64,000 nucleotides of DNA from Camelus ferus (lineage: Eukaryota), in assembly GCF_009834535.1 (NCBI RefSeq), contig NC_045696.1, forward strand, positions 30,754,001 to 30,818,000, given 5' to 3'. The position numbers and the translations under genes are program-made. The notes beneath the pieces were generated by a model. That model was not told the DNA's origin and did not search any database. It was given only the letters and a program-made list of their open reading frames with translations. This document shows, piece after piece, positions 26,461-40,918 of the stretch. How positions within the stretch are numbered: the stretch's first letter is position 1; the number at the start of each line of letters is the position of its first letter.

Positions 26461-27376
26461 ACAAATAGACTGTTTTTAGTCTGTCATAACAGGAAATGTT
26501 TTGAGACATGATTCTAGACAAAAAGCTTATAGCCATATGTTGTAGAAAGTCTATACCTATTTCTTTCTTCTATTTCCAATATAAAGTCTTTTCTCACCTT
26601 TGTTTCATCCCCAAGTGATACTCAACAAGTATACATTTCCTCTTTAATTTCACTAATCTATTTACCAATTTAATAAGAATAACCAAATGCTATTATTATG
26701 GATTTAATCCAAAGGTGGAAACACTAGAGATCTTCTTTTGCTATTCCTTCCCAACTACTTTAACTTTTAACTAGAGCCCTCTAGATCATGGCTTTCTTAT
26801 CTACTACTTGTGAATATTCTCGTTTATATTTCTTTGGAGATTTTTTTCCCATCTTTCACACTTGTTCCAGAACATCACTTTCCATTATAATTCTACAGAA
26901 TTGTTTTCTCTAAATCATATTTAACAACTCCTATTATGTCCTCATTCTATTCAGGAAAATAGTCTTCATTTTCATTATATCCCCCACTGAGAACATCTTC
27001 CTACCACCGAGGAACTAAGTGGGCTCCCTTAGCTTCCTCAAATATATACTGAAAGTTACATCTTTTGTCAGATCTTTCTGCACTGATCCCCTACATATGG
27101 TTGCTACTTGACATTTGAATGTCTTCTCATATATCGTCATTAAACTTAGATTTTTGTGGTTATTACCAAGTCTGTTGAATATTTTTATCATACAAAAAAA
27201 TAAAATTTATAGAGCTACCATAAATATAATACTTTACAATGTAAGTACAGTGATAATTTAAAGTAAATGTTCTAGATATCTGGTATTTTCTTCAAATTAT
27301 TTAATTCATGACCTGACATAAATAACGTCCTGACATATACTGAAATTGCCACCAAATGATTATAAACAAAGAACTA

Positions 27377-27565
27377 CAATAGACTCCTGTTATTTGTGCT
27401 AGTTATGTTCTGTAGTCACTATGAACACTTACTTACTGAATATAGAACAATTGCTTATGGAGGAAATACAGAATTAAGTTCCTGAGGACTTCTGGTCACA
27501 TTTTCATTTACTGATCACTATGTAACCTTGTTTTATGTTTTGCTTTTATTTTCTGTTTCAAGACT
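27377..27565. mobile_element. Tigger-family (Tigger9-like) DNA transposon end fragment
   Basis: tagttatgttct.tagtcact.tgaacact...ggaaatacag..ttaagttcctg...ctggtcaca...taaccttgttttatg. Confidence 0.6.
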
Positions 27566-27599
27566 TAACTAATTACCTGTGCACAACTTTATTTCTGAA

Positions 27600-27726
27600 T
27601 AATCACCTGGATGGTGATTCTAGGCAAGAGTGAGTACAATAAGAATGAAGTCATATTTTGAGGTATTGAGCATTAGAAATTCAACAAATGAATTTTGAAA
27701 AAAAATGTCACTCAACCCATAATACA
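27600..27726 (-). mobile_element. MLT1 LTR 5' end fragment
   Basis: aagtcatattttgaggtattgag..ttaga..ttcaaca.atgaatttt...ctcaacccataa. Confidence 0.6.
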
Positions 27727-30700
27727 ACATAAAATGCGGCAGTGCCCCTTGATTTGCTTTTTAGAATATTAAGAAATATGGTAATATTTGTTTTTCTCTA
27801 AAGTGTTATAAATCTGTGATTAAAAACATTTTACCTTTCTCCAGATTATGATCTAATACCCTTACTTCCTTTATTATTAGGTTTTCATTTCTTTCCTCAT
27901 TTCACAAGTATTCCTTTGTTAATAACAATTTGCTGATTTTTATTTGTTTGTTTTTGACTATTAAATGCCTCTAAGCCATGAATCTGCCAACAGATTAATT
28001 AATACTGTTTCATTACAAGTTTAGAATTGTAAGAAAATTCTGTGTAACTGTATCCAACTCATGTTTCACCCTTTCCACATCATATAGCATTGTGACTAGT
28101 GTATCATTCATTGACAGGAATGATTTTCTTTTCTAAAATCTGTTAATGAGTAAGTCTACTTTGATTTTTTAGGCTGGATCAGAATTGTGAATATTAAACC
28201 ACTGTATCTGTTTTATTGTGTCATAAATTGTTATGTCATAGATTGCCAGTGAAGAAAACTCCAGTTCATCTCCACTGTGTTTATTCAGGAATAAATGAAT
28301 GCTTCAGCTCTTGCATGTTGGGGCAAATGTCTCCCTCACTGATTCCATCCAGGAAACTTCAAGGGTACATACAGGCTTTGGAAAACCCTGTTCATTCAAA
28401 AGAACATAGAAGGATACTTTAAGACCCAGTTCTGGTAATTCTTTGCATTGTTGCAGGGAAGTTACAGGCTGATTATAGGCACTTTTTTTTTATTCCTGTA
28501 TAACCTTCACTATTCAGTTGTGGAGGGCATAAGTGATATTCTAAATTGTATGCTGCAGGAAGTATTGCCATTCAAAGAGGAGTGAACATAATTACTTAGA
28601 TTAAGCAAGCCTTCCCAATGTTGGTATTTGTTGTACACGTGTACATGTTATAAAAAGCTTTAAAAATACATGTGTGTTAGAGAAAAAGAGAATAATGTGT
28701 TCTCAGAATCACTGATGACTGGAGTTCATTATTTTTGTGAGTATATGTTTGTGTCTTTTTCTTGTAACTTACTCAATCTATATTTGAGTTGATAATAATT
28801 ATGCTTACTAATTTAGATGCGTTTAAGAATCAGTGTTTGGTGGTGAGAGCATATACCTGCTTATTTTCACTTGCTCATAAAACCCCCAATTTATAAAATA
28901 ATCAACACTAATATATGAAGAATCCCAATAAATAATTTAGGAAACAAATGCAAGGAACTGACTTATATTTTACTTTTGGATTATAAACAACAGAATGGCA
29001 GAATTTTGTATTTTCTCATCTCACTGCATGAAAAGTTAGTTGTATAAATCTACATGTATCTCACTGCTTGTTATATAGCAAAGTATAAAATCAATAGCCA
29101 ATGAAATTGTATTTTGAAGTTCCAAAGTGCTATAAACAATAGAAAATCATTACAAAAATCTGTTGTAAGGCATATAATTGACAGTTTCTTTTCTGGTGGT
29201 GATAGTGGTGGTAAGATTTGAGTTTCAATAAAAATACTATTACAATAATAGTTATAATGTATTACTTCAGTTTCTTAAAATGACTGTGACATACATGGGT
29301 TGATATTATTTTCTGTCAATTATCTAAGCATAATCCGTTTCAGTACTGAAGAAAGTACAGACTAGGAGACTTGCAGCCAGCTGTGACCACTGCAAAGAAA
29401 CGGAATCTTTGAGGCAGTCACCTTCACTTTAGAAGGAGGCAGGCCAAATATGGCAGTTAAATGTGCTGGCTCAGACCAAGAAACATTAACATTAAACATG
29501 CTCAGTAAAGAAGGTTAACAGAGAGCCCCTTAAATTTATTTTGGTTGGGGTCAATATCTTCCTTGAAATCAGTAGATCAGAGATGCTAAAAATCAGAGTC
29601 ACAATTTTTTTAAAAAGAATGACAACTTTATTAATAATTTGCCAATTTAATACTACCAAGAATGTCAGATATTTTCCTCAATCTTTTTAATGCCCCCTGA
29701 ATTTCTGAAATAAAATGAAGATTTCTGTACACACAAGGAAACTGCCAAAACACCAATATTCCCACTAAAAGGGGGAAGTAATAAAAGAGAAGGAAAAAAT
29801 GAAACCTAAAATTGTACTAGAATACAGAAAATTGTTGTTTCATACAGACTTCAGGTAACATGTAATAAAAGAGAAGATAAATTCAGACCATGACTTGTGA
29901 GTAACATTTGGAGTCATATCTGAAAAGCACCTGAAGATGCCAGCAATTGTCTGAGAAACATGTGGTAAAGACTGCCTCCAACCTGAGTCTATGATAAAAT
30001 TTGTATCTATTTTAACATAGCTTGAATCCTTATGGCAGGCAAGTGTGAGTTAAGAGTGAGTGCAGTAAGAGAAGTGATGTCAGCAAGAAAGCAATGATAC
30101 CTCAGCCCTCATTCTCAAATAAAAACAATTCAACTATCTGTTAATGATTATAGTTCTGAGAGAATCTGGAGTGCAGTTAGGGGCAGCAGCAACTCAGAGG
30201 AATGCAGAGATTAAGGACAGCTGCACAGAAGTCAATAGGAAATATTCCACCTATATTTTACCATTTCTAACACTGGGCAGCACTGTGAAGAATTCTATTG
30301 GCTATGAGTTCCCCCAGGGGAAGATGGAGACGATGGACTTCAGCAGCCTTTGCCATAGAGGATTCCCAAAAGCCCTAGCTACTACCACAGAGGTCTCCCA
30401 AAGTCTTCACTAATATAGACTCCAGCTGCTGGAGTTGCCCAGAGCCACAACTCCTATATTCCTTGGAGCTGGAACCAACAAGCACTGCCTCTCCCCATCC
30501 TGAATTTGGAAGCATAGCACCGCCGTATCCCTGGTGAGACTAAGTGTGCCTGAGCCCATGAACCCTGATCACCACCAAGGGCACAACCTTGTACAGGTCC
30601 CAGTTGTACTGGGTATTCTCATGCGTTGGGACCAGAGTCTGCCACAGAGCACAGTTATGAGGTCAAGTGCCTGCCAAAAGTACAGCCACTGCCCACTAGA

Positions 30701-32626
30701 CAAACCCATGTATGCCCCCCCCCCACCAAGACAGCAGCACCACACAACTCAAGAACCATGTCTTTCTAAGTTCCTTAACATGGATCTGACTGGAGCCACA
30801 GCATACCTTACCCAGCGATGTCCTTATGTCCATGCATATGAGGAAATCTTTTTCTACCTAGACCAGTTTGTGATATTTGAAAGAGGTAACTGCTCCTTCA
30901 AATGAAAACACAATGGCACAAGGCAAAAGGGAACATGAAAAATCAGGGAACATGACACCTCCAAAGGAACACAATAGTGCTCCAGTAACCAATCCTAAAG
31001 AAATGGAAATGTATAAAGTGCCAAAGATTTCAAAATAACAGTTTTAAAGAAACTACTTGTTACTACAAGAGAACAGAGCTAGACATCTCAACAAAAATCA
31101 GTAAAATGAACAGAGGCCAAAATTATAAAAAAGAACCAAAGAGAAACACTAGAGCTGAAAAGATCTATTTGAAATGAAAAATACAATAAAGAGCTTCAAT
31201 AACAGACTTGATCAAGTGGAATAAATAGGTGAATTCAAAGACAAACCATTTGAAATTATCCATATAAAGGAGAAAAAAAATGAAAAGAATATAGAAAGCC
31301 TACATGATTTATGGAATACTGACAAGAAAATCAATAAACACTTCATGAGGCCCCAGAAGGACAGGAAAAAGAGAAAGGGAAAGAAAGCTGATTTAAAGAA
31401 ATAATAGCTAAAATCTCCCCAAAACTGTGAAAGGAAATCAACATCCAGTTCCATAAAGTTTAAAAATCCCTAAACAGTATCAACCCAATAAGACGACACC
31501 AAGACACATTATAATCAAGTTGTTGAAAGTCAAGGACAAAGAGAATTTTGAACAAAGAAACAGAGAAGTGACATATAAGGGAAGCTCTATAAGATCTTAA
31601 GCAGATTTCATAGCAGAAACTTTGTAGGACAGAAGAAAGTGGGATGATACATTCAAAGTTCCGAAAGGAAAAGCCTGCCAATCAAAAATTATATACCTGA
31701 AATGAATTATCCTTTAAAAATTAAGGAAAGTTAAAGTCTTTCCCAGAGAAACAAAAACAAAGTGTTTGTAACCAACAGGCCTGTCTAACAAGAAATAGTA
31801 AGAGACTTACTCAAATTGAAATAAAAAATAAGCTAATCAGCAGCATGGAAGCATGCGAAGATATAAGTGTAAAAGTAAATACATAATCAAAATATAGTAA
31901 TGCAGTACTTTAATGATGGTGCATAAATTATTTTAATCCTGCTATAAAAATTATAAGACAAACATATTAAGAATAACTATAATCACAAAAGTTTATTAAT
32001 GGATACAATATAAAAAGAAGTAAACTGACTAAAAGTAAAGTGTGTCTGTGTGTAGGGAGTAAAAGTGTAGAGATTTTGTATGCAACTGAAGTCAAGTTAT
32101 CAACTTAAAAGAGACAATTTTAAATACAAGATATTTTATGCAAGGCTCATAGTAACTACAAAGAAAAAAACTATAGTAGATACCAAAAAAAATAAAAAGA
32201 ACAGAATCAAAGGAAATTATTACAAAAATTGTCACATAACAAAGGAATACAGCAAGAGAGGCAAAAGGGAACTTAACAACAGCAAAACAGACAAAAAATT
32301 ATTAATAAAATGGCAGTAGTTAATCTTCACATATCAATAATTAATGTAAAAAGATTTAACTCTCTAGTCAAAAGAATTAGGGTAGCTGAATAGATTTTAA
32401 AGAAAACAAGATACAGTAATTTGTTGTCTGGAAGAGACTCACTTTAGATTTAAGGACACACTTAGGCTAAAACTGAAAGAATGGAAAAAAGAGATTCTGT
32501 ACAAAAGAAACCAGAGGTAGCTATACTTACATGAGACAAGATAGACTTTAAGTCAAAAACTGTCTCTAAAAATGAAGGAGGTCGTATAATAATAAAAGAG
32601 GCAATTCAACAGGATGATATAACAAT

Positions 32627-32627
<1 letters not shown>

Positions 32628-32661
<34 letters not shown>
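32628..32661 (+). repeat. (CA)n microsatellite inside L1 ORF2
   Basis: Uninterrupted CA run followed by a short (TA)n. Confidence 0.95.
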
Positions 32662-34932
32662 CATCAAAACACATATATATATATATAGCAATACTGACAG
32701 ATCTAAGGAGAGAAATTAATAGTAATAATAGGAGACTTCAATACCCACCCCTTGCAATAACAGAACATCAAGACAGAAAATCAATAAAGAAACAGTAGTC
32801 TTGAACAACACTAAAAGCCAAACAGACCTAACAGATATATTTAGAACTTTCCATACAACAGAATACATATTATTCTCAAGTGCACACAGAATACTTTCCA
32901 GAATAGATCTTATATTAAGTAACAAAACAAGTCTTCACAATTTAAGATCAAAATCATTTCAAGTGTTTATTCAGACCACAGTGTAATGAATCTAGGAGTT
33001 AATAGTGAGAAAGTGAGAAAAATAACAAATACATGAAAAATGAAAAGCACATCTTTGAATAAACATTGAGTCAAAGAGGAAATAGGGGATTTTAAAATAT
33101 CTCAAGATAAATGAAAACAAAAATATAACATAACAAAATTTACAGAATGCAGCAAAAACAGTATTAAGAAGGCAGATTATAGCAATTAACACCTACATTT
33201 AAAAAAAGAGAAAGATTTCAAATAAGCAGCCTAACTTTATACTTCAAGGAACTAGAAAAGTAAGAACAAAGTAAACCTAGGTTTAGTAGAAAGAAAGGAA
33301 TAGAAAGAATAGAACAGAAATAAATAGAGAATAGAAAAAAAAAATCAAGAAACCAAAGCTGGTTTTATTCTTGAAAAAACAAAATTTACAAGCCCTTAGA
33401 TAAACCAAGAAAAAAAGAGAAAGACTTGAACAAAATCAGAAATGAAAGAGGAAACATTACAAAGTATGCCTCAGAAATAAAAGAATTGTAATAGATTTTT
33501 ATGAACAATTATAAAGCAACACATAAGGTAACCTAGAAGAAATTGATACATTCATAGAACTATATGACCTACCAAAACTAAATTAAAAAAATAGAAATCC
33601 TGAGCACACCAATAAAAAGTAAAGATATTGATTCAGTAATCAAAAAATATGCTCCTCACCCCCTCAAAAAAGTCCAGAGACAATTGGCTTTACAGGTAAA
33701 TTTTACCAAACATTCAAAGAAGGATTAATAAATATCCTTGTTAAACTCTTTCAAAACTATAAGAAGAGACAACACTTACTAATTTATTTTATGAGGTTAT
33801 TATCATCCTGATATGAAAGCAGGTAAAGAAACAAGAATAAAAATTACAGGCCAATCTCTCTGCTGAACATAGATGCAAAAATCCTCAACAAAATAAATTC
33901 AAGTTCACATTTAAAGCTTATACACCATGACCAAGTGGAATTTATCCCTAGGTTGCAAGGTTGATTCAACATATGCAAATAAATCAATGTGATACACAAC
34001 GTTAAAAGAAGGAAAGAAAACAAAATGATCATCTCAATAGATGCAAAAAACATTTGACAAAATTCAAAAACCATTCATATTAAAAACTCTCAACAAAATA
34101 GGTACAGAAGGAACTTACCTCAACACACAAAGGCCATTTAAAAAAACCCACAGATAACATCATAATCAATTGGGAAAAACTAAGATCCAGTAAGATTGCC
34201 CACTCTCACCACTTCTATTTAACATAGTCCTCTAATTCCTAGCCAGAACAATTATGTAGACAAGAAAAAAATAATAAAGTAATCCAAAACTGAAAGAAAG
34301 AAGTAAAATTATCTGTTTGTAAATGACATGATCTTATATGTAAAAAACCCTAAAGATTCCATTAAAAAAAAACTTCAAACTAATAAATTCAGTAAAGTTG
34401 CAAATTAAAAAATCAATATACAAAACTCAGTAGCATTTTACATCAACAAAGAAATTAAGAAAAAAAAGAAATCAAAAACAGTTCCATCTATAATATCATT
34501 AAAAACAATCAAATATTTAAAAATAAATTTAATCAAGGAAGTAAAATATTTGTACACTGAAAACTATAAAAGAGTGATGAAAGAAACTGACACAAATAAA
34601 TGGAAAGCTGTTATGTGTTCATACATTGGGAGAATTAATATTGTTAAAATTTCCACACTATCCAAATATCCTATATGAATTTGGTACAATGCCTGTCAAT
34701 ATCCCATGACATTTTTCAAATAGATAGATAAAACAGTACTAAAATTTGTATGGAACCACAAAAGACCCTAAACAGCCAAAGTGATCTTGAGAAAGAGGAA
34801 TAAAGTTTGAGGCATCACAATTTCAAATTATATTATAAAACTATTTAATTAAAGAAGTATGGTTTTGCCATAAAAAAGACACATAGACCTAAGGAACAGA
34901 ATAGAGGGCCCAGAAATAAACCATACATATAT

Positions 34933-34966
34933 CCATCAACAGTTGAATAAGTAAAGAAGATATGAT

Positions 34967-35016
<50 letters not shown>

Positions 35017-35476
35017 AGAGAGAGGAATATTACTCAGCTGTAAAAAAGAATAAAATAATGCCATTTGCAGAAAACATGGATGGATCTAGAGATTATCATA
35101 TTAAGTGAAGTAAGTCAGGCAAAGAAAGACTAATATTATATGATGTCACATATATGGAATCTAAAAATAATTATTTATAAACCAGAAATAGATTCATGGA
35201 CATAGAAAACAAACTGATTACCAGGGGGAAGAGGGTTGAGGGATAGATTAGGAGTTTGGGATTAACAGATATATATTACTATATACAAAATAGATAAACA
35301 ACAAGGACCTACTGTATAACAAAGGGAACTATACATTTCTTGCAATGAGCAGTAATGGAAAAGAAACTGAAAAAATATATAATTATGTATGTTTATGTAT
35401 AGCTGAATTGCTTTGCTGTATACCTGAAACTAGCACTGTAAATAGACTACACTTCAATAAAAAACAAGAGTTAAAA
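34933..35476 (+). mobile_element. Short younger L1 3' end nested in the L1MA9-like element
   Basis: 3' UTR ...ggacctactgtata.ca.agggaactata...tgtaaatagactacacttcaataaaaa; perfect 19-bp TSD aaataaaccatacatatat at 34914-34932 and 35477-35495. Confidence 0.93.
34969..35024 (+). repeat. (CA)n(GA)n compound microsatellite
   Basis: Long CA run followed by a GA run. Confidence 0.95.
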
Positions 35477-38400
35477 AAATAAACCATACATATATTTTCA
35501 GCTAATCTTCGGCAAGGGTTCCAAGACTACACAATGGGGAGAGACTCTTCAATTAATGTTGTTGGGAAAATTGGATATCCACATGCAAAAGATTGACATT
35601 AGCTCTTCTATCAGAGCATACAGAAAAATTTGAAATAAATTGACAACTTAAACATAAGGCCTGAAAACATAAAATTCCTAGAAGAAAACAAGGGAAAACC
35701 TCTTTGACATTGGTCTTGGCAATGATTTTACGAAAATGGCACCAAAAATTGAGGCAACAAAACGGAAAATAAACAAATGTAACTACATCAAACTAAAAAG
35801 CTTCTACAAAGCAAAGGAAAAAAGTCAATTAAGTAAAAAGGCAATATATTAAATGGGAGAAAATACTTGCAAATCTGATAAGGAGTCAATATCCAAAACA
35901 TATGAGGAACTCAAATAACACAGTAACCAGATTTAAAAAAATAGGCAGAGGACCTGAACAGACAGTTTCCAAAGACATACAGCTTCCAGATATTTGAAAA
36001 GGTGCTTAGCACCACTGATTATCAGGGAAATGTAATCAAAACCACAATGAGATATCAAATCACACCTGTTAGGATGGCCACTACCAAGAAGATAAAAGTT
36101 TACAAATGTTGACAAGGAGGTGAAGTAAAGAAAACCCATTGTACACAGTTGGTGGGCATGTCAATTGGTATAGCCATTATGGAAAAGAGTATGGAGGCTT
36201 CTTGAAAAATTAAAACTAAAATTATCATATGACCCAGCAATTCCACTACTGAGTATACATCCAAAGGAAGAGAAATCAGAATCTGAAAGAGAGATCTGCA
36301 CTCCCATGTACACTGCATTATTTATAGTAGCCATAATATGGAAATAACCTAAGTTTCTGTTGACAGATGAATGGATATATACACACACACACACATATAT
36401 GCACACACATATGTGTATGTGTATGCACAACAAAATGTTACTCAGTTTTAAAAAAGGAGATCTGCCATTTACAACAATATGTATAAACTTGGAGGTAATT
36501 ATGATAAGTAAAATAGGCCAGACACAGAAATAAAAAATGTGCAATCTAAAAAATGCATAGATTCTATCAAATTAATATAAGCAGAGATCAGAATGGTGGT
36601 TTTCCAGGGGTACAGGGTGAGAGAAATGGTGAGATATTGGTCAAATGATACAAAGTTCCAGTTATGTATGATGAATAAATTCTACATATCTAGTGGTTAC
36701 TATAGTTAATGACATTGTGTCATATACTTGAAATTTGCTGAGAGTAGATCTTAAGTTTTCTTTCCACCCATACACAAAAACATAACTATGTGAGGATATG
36801 GATACGTTAATTAGGTTGGCTGTAGTAATCATTTCACAAAGCATGTGTATATCAAAGCAGCATGTTGTACACCTTAAATATAAACATTTTCTCAAAGGGG
36901 CGATGCATTAAGGATGATACTCTTCAGGATAAAGGAATAATATCTTCTGTTACTAATTTTTCTCTGTCTTTAATACTGCCAATTTACTATATTCCTGAAC
37001 TGGTAGAGTAGAGCTGTTAAAAATTTTACCTTAGCTCTTTTTGTTCCTTTTATCTGAACCTACAATATTTTAAGAAGGACCTATAAATGGCTCACCTAAT
37101 AGATATATCATTCCTCAAGAATAGGGAAACAATTACTAAAGAAAGAAAGAAAGAAAGAAAAACAAAATTTTAAAAAATACCTTTGGTGAGTTAAAGAAAG
37201 AAAAAGCAAACAAACCAGTTAAAAAATGTATATAGAAGTGAAATTTCATAAATGTTGAAAATAAAGACAAAGAAGTGTTGTTTTTGGTATTGTTGGTCTT
37301 TGAGGTTGATTGTTGGTTAGACAGCATTATTGAAGGACACTGTTTAATACAATGCAACAATGCCCAATTTGCTGATAGGTTTAATTTAGTTCCAATCATA
37401 TTACTGAGATGATTTTTTAAAATGTCTAACTATAAATGACACTAGTAGAGTATTGTTAAGCACTACACTAAGAGTAGTGCTTGATTAAGCACTGTTCATT
37501 TAAATAATCTAAAGCTAAAAAGAGTATGTAGTACTAGAGAACATAAGTCAATCAATGTACAGTTTGCAAAGATCTAAGAAAAGTTTCAAATCTGTGTCAG
37601 TATTTCATTCATTAGTGAAATTTGCATTTCAAAGTCGTAGAGAAGTCTTGATAGTTCAACTGTTTATTTGAGGTTAAGCTTTAACTTTATGGAAATAGAA
37701 AAGAACAAATTGAGATTACTATAGATATAACATAAAATATATAATCAAATGAAGATACTGAAAAGAAAAAAAAATTTTAAATTTCACAATTTGAAATTTT
37801 TGAAATGCAATACGTAACACTAATATATATTAAATGCCTCGAGTTTGTTAAAATGTTCAAGTTTTCAGGGCAAAATTTAAAAAAAAAGAAATGTGCAAGT
37901 CATCTGTGTTAATATATTATTTGGCTTATTGTCTAAGTAAATTGAAAATCAACTAATAAATGACTAAATAGTAGTAACTCAGTATAAAAATAATGCCTAA
38001 ATAAATTGAGGGTATTGAAAACATGTATACTTAATATGGAATTATTAAAATCATGTTTTTAAGTAATATATAATTGTCACAGTGTAATAATTTTTTTAAA
38101 GGACCCGTATGTACAATAAGATTCCAGTTTCATATATCAGAATTTTAGGAGTGTTTTTTTTTGTGGTAGAATGATTAACAGGTTTTAACTTTGTTATAGC
38201 TATATGTATTTACAAATAATCTACTATAAAATATTACTTCATAAAAACAAAACACAAATATAAAATTATTTTAACTTATTTTGTATGTATTTGCAACTAA
38301 AATGTAATGTGGTACAATTTCCTTTTCAAGTTTTCTAATAAACTAAATGGCTTCTAATTTTCCACTTTCAATTACCTATAGTTCAATACTTTCATAAATA

Positions 38401-40918
38401 ATTTTTTGCCTAGATTTCAGCCATTATTGAGTAACTATCACCAATACCCATAGTGAACCTCAGAGGCCAGTGAAGAACATATGTTATCACTATTATTTCT
38501 TTTCTAGATTCAAGCAATTTACAGAATCTAGGCTTTCAGCATATGGAAGTGAGACAATTATAGAGATTTAAAATCATAACAGTCAAATTAAGTTATTCAA
38601 GGAATTAAGAAAACCCAAGTAATGAATTTCCAGTTATAAAACACTTTTCTAGAATCAACATGTTCCATTCACCTCCTTGGATCAGGGAGGTTGGAATGTA
38701 GAAAGTCTGACTTTTGAGGAAAAAAAAAACAGTAAAATTACACAAAACACCTAATCAGTGGAATAATGATAATCACTTATAAGCAATATGTTCTCCTAAA
38801 TATTCTTTTTCTGGCAAGTTTTTGGGGGGATTTTTTAAAAATGTAAACTTCATATTATAACTTGAATTGGTAATAACTGTATCACACATTTTAAATCATG
38901 TGACATTACTTAAAAGTACTGATTAAGAGAATTTAAACATATACACTAATTAATATTCTAAGTTTTAAAATATATTATTTTCAAGCATAATTAGTAGCAG
39001 GCAATGAAGTAGTCATAAGAAATAAGACAAAGTATTAAAATAATTGCATGTTTTCAAACTAAATTTTTATTTCAAACTCTCATAGAAAGGGGATAAATGC
39101 TATATAGTAATTGTGAATAGTTCAATTCAGAATTTGTATAGTTAAAAAGAAGCCAGTTGCCATTCTACTTTCTTTTAATGAAACTTTCCCCCCGGAATGC
39201 TGTAGCTGCTCAAGAAAGGCTGTTGGAAATCAACTGAATTACTAACACTTCCACAAAGACAAAGAAATAAAGTTAGGCTGCAAATTATTTCCCTGTTCTG
39301 AAAGAAATTGAAGAAATAACTCTTCATGCTATTTTGTTCTTACAAATAAGAAATAGTCTTCTAGTCCATGGTGGTGGATATTATTTGTCACACTGAAAAA
39401 TTTGTTTCACATTATGGAAATCTAGAGTGGTAAAAGCAAACAAAACAAAACAAAACAAAGCATTGTTCTTTAAAAAATCTAAGACTTTTAGAAAATTCAA
39501 AAGCAACTGAAATTTTTAGACAAGAAAAATCCATATACTTGTCTTTAAGACAGCACATATCTGAAACTTCAAATTAAAAAAATGTGTTCTCAGTTGGGTG
39601 CCTCTTCAAATGAATAGTTCATGACACTACTTTTTAAAATACCTCTTTTGCCTTATTTTGCTTGCTTAGATAGGAATTTGCTTGAATGTAGAGAAAAACT
39701 ACTTCTTCTCAGGTAAAATCAAAGAAACTTATAGGAAGTTATCCAGTGATCTGAATCATTGGGAGCAGATGATTCACATAGCTGAACAATAAAAATTTGG
39801 TATTTCCTGAGTAGTTAAAATCATTTTCTTTTCCTTAATTCTCAGGCTACTTGCCTATATTCTTTCTAAAGATATTGATTTGGCTTGAATTTTTCATATT
39901 TCTCTTTAGCTTATTTTTGTAGACTATTTCATTATCTTGTATGCCTTTAAATTTTTAATAACAGATTTCAAATTTCTAAGTCTTAATAAATGTTAACATA
40001 ATTATGCTCAATTGAGAATAAGCTAACCTAGAAATTTTGTAAAGTTAAAACCTGCAAAACAGGAAATCATATTTTCAGTATTTGCAAACTGAGAACATTT
40101 GCACAGTCTTAAATATTTGCTCTAGGAACATATGTGCATTAAAACATTTCACTTCATTTTCTTTTCTGTCCATTTGTAAAGATTAGAAACCAGTTTTTTA
40201 ATCTGGCTTTTATTTTTATTTTTCAAATTTTGTCAAAGTGTTCAAACACATTTATATAATTTATAATAGAAATGAATACAGTACAGCTATTTTAATTTTA
40301 CCCTGAAACCTGAATTATCTATTGAAAATTTTAGTGAAATGGCTAAGAGAACTCCATCTGTATTCAAAGTAATGGCTACAACCATAAACCACAGATTTAT
40401 ATGTATTTTAAAGACACACAGAAAATATATGATAATGAGGGAGAATACTAATCATGGAGTTGGTACTCACATCTTTAGACAAAGCACATAATTTCAATCC
40501 CTCTATTTAAAGTAACAAATACCTAACAAACTCAACCAACAATCTATTATATGAGGTAAATATATCTAAAGGAATAAGTAGAGCAAGAGACTATCTCTAT
40601 AACAGTGAAATACATTGATTAAAGATTATAGCTTTGTATCAAAAACAATAGAAGTAATTATCATACATAATAATCTAAGTGCTTAAAAGTATGAGACAAG
40701 ACAAAGCTAATTCAAGAATCTTTGATTCTACATAGTAATGTCTGAAAGTGTGAGGTGATATGGAATACAGTATTTCTCAAAACTTTAACAATAATAAAGT
40801 AAAAACTTGATGAACAATAAATTATATTCAGTAAAAATCAAATTTTAAAAGTCTAAGTATAAGAATTAAATCAAATAAAATATGAATTAATACATTTTGA
40901 GAATTCTTATTAAGAATA

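Larger units (their letters stand above)
30070..36890 (+). mobile_element. Near-full-length decayed LINE-1 (L1MA9-like): 5' UTR, ORF1 (~30900-31850), ORF2 (~32310-36350), 3' UTR
   Basis: Start gaagtgatgtcagcaag; ORF1 motifs acaccaagacacattataatcaa and tgggatgatacattcaaagt; ORF2 start atggcagtagtt; EN remnant QTDLTDIFRTFH..EYILFSSAHR..SRID; RT motifs caccatgaccaagtggaattt and tttgtaaatgacatgat; 3' UTR tgctgagagtagatcttaag; many stops and frameshifts. Confidence 0.93.

Noticed and set aside
30144..30905. ORFs of 89 and 123 aa in a GC-richer segment
   Set aside because: They lie in the 5' UTR of the old L1 element
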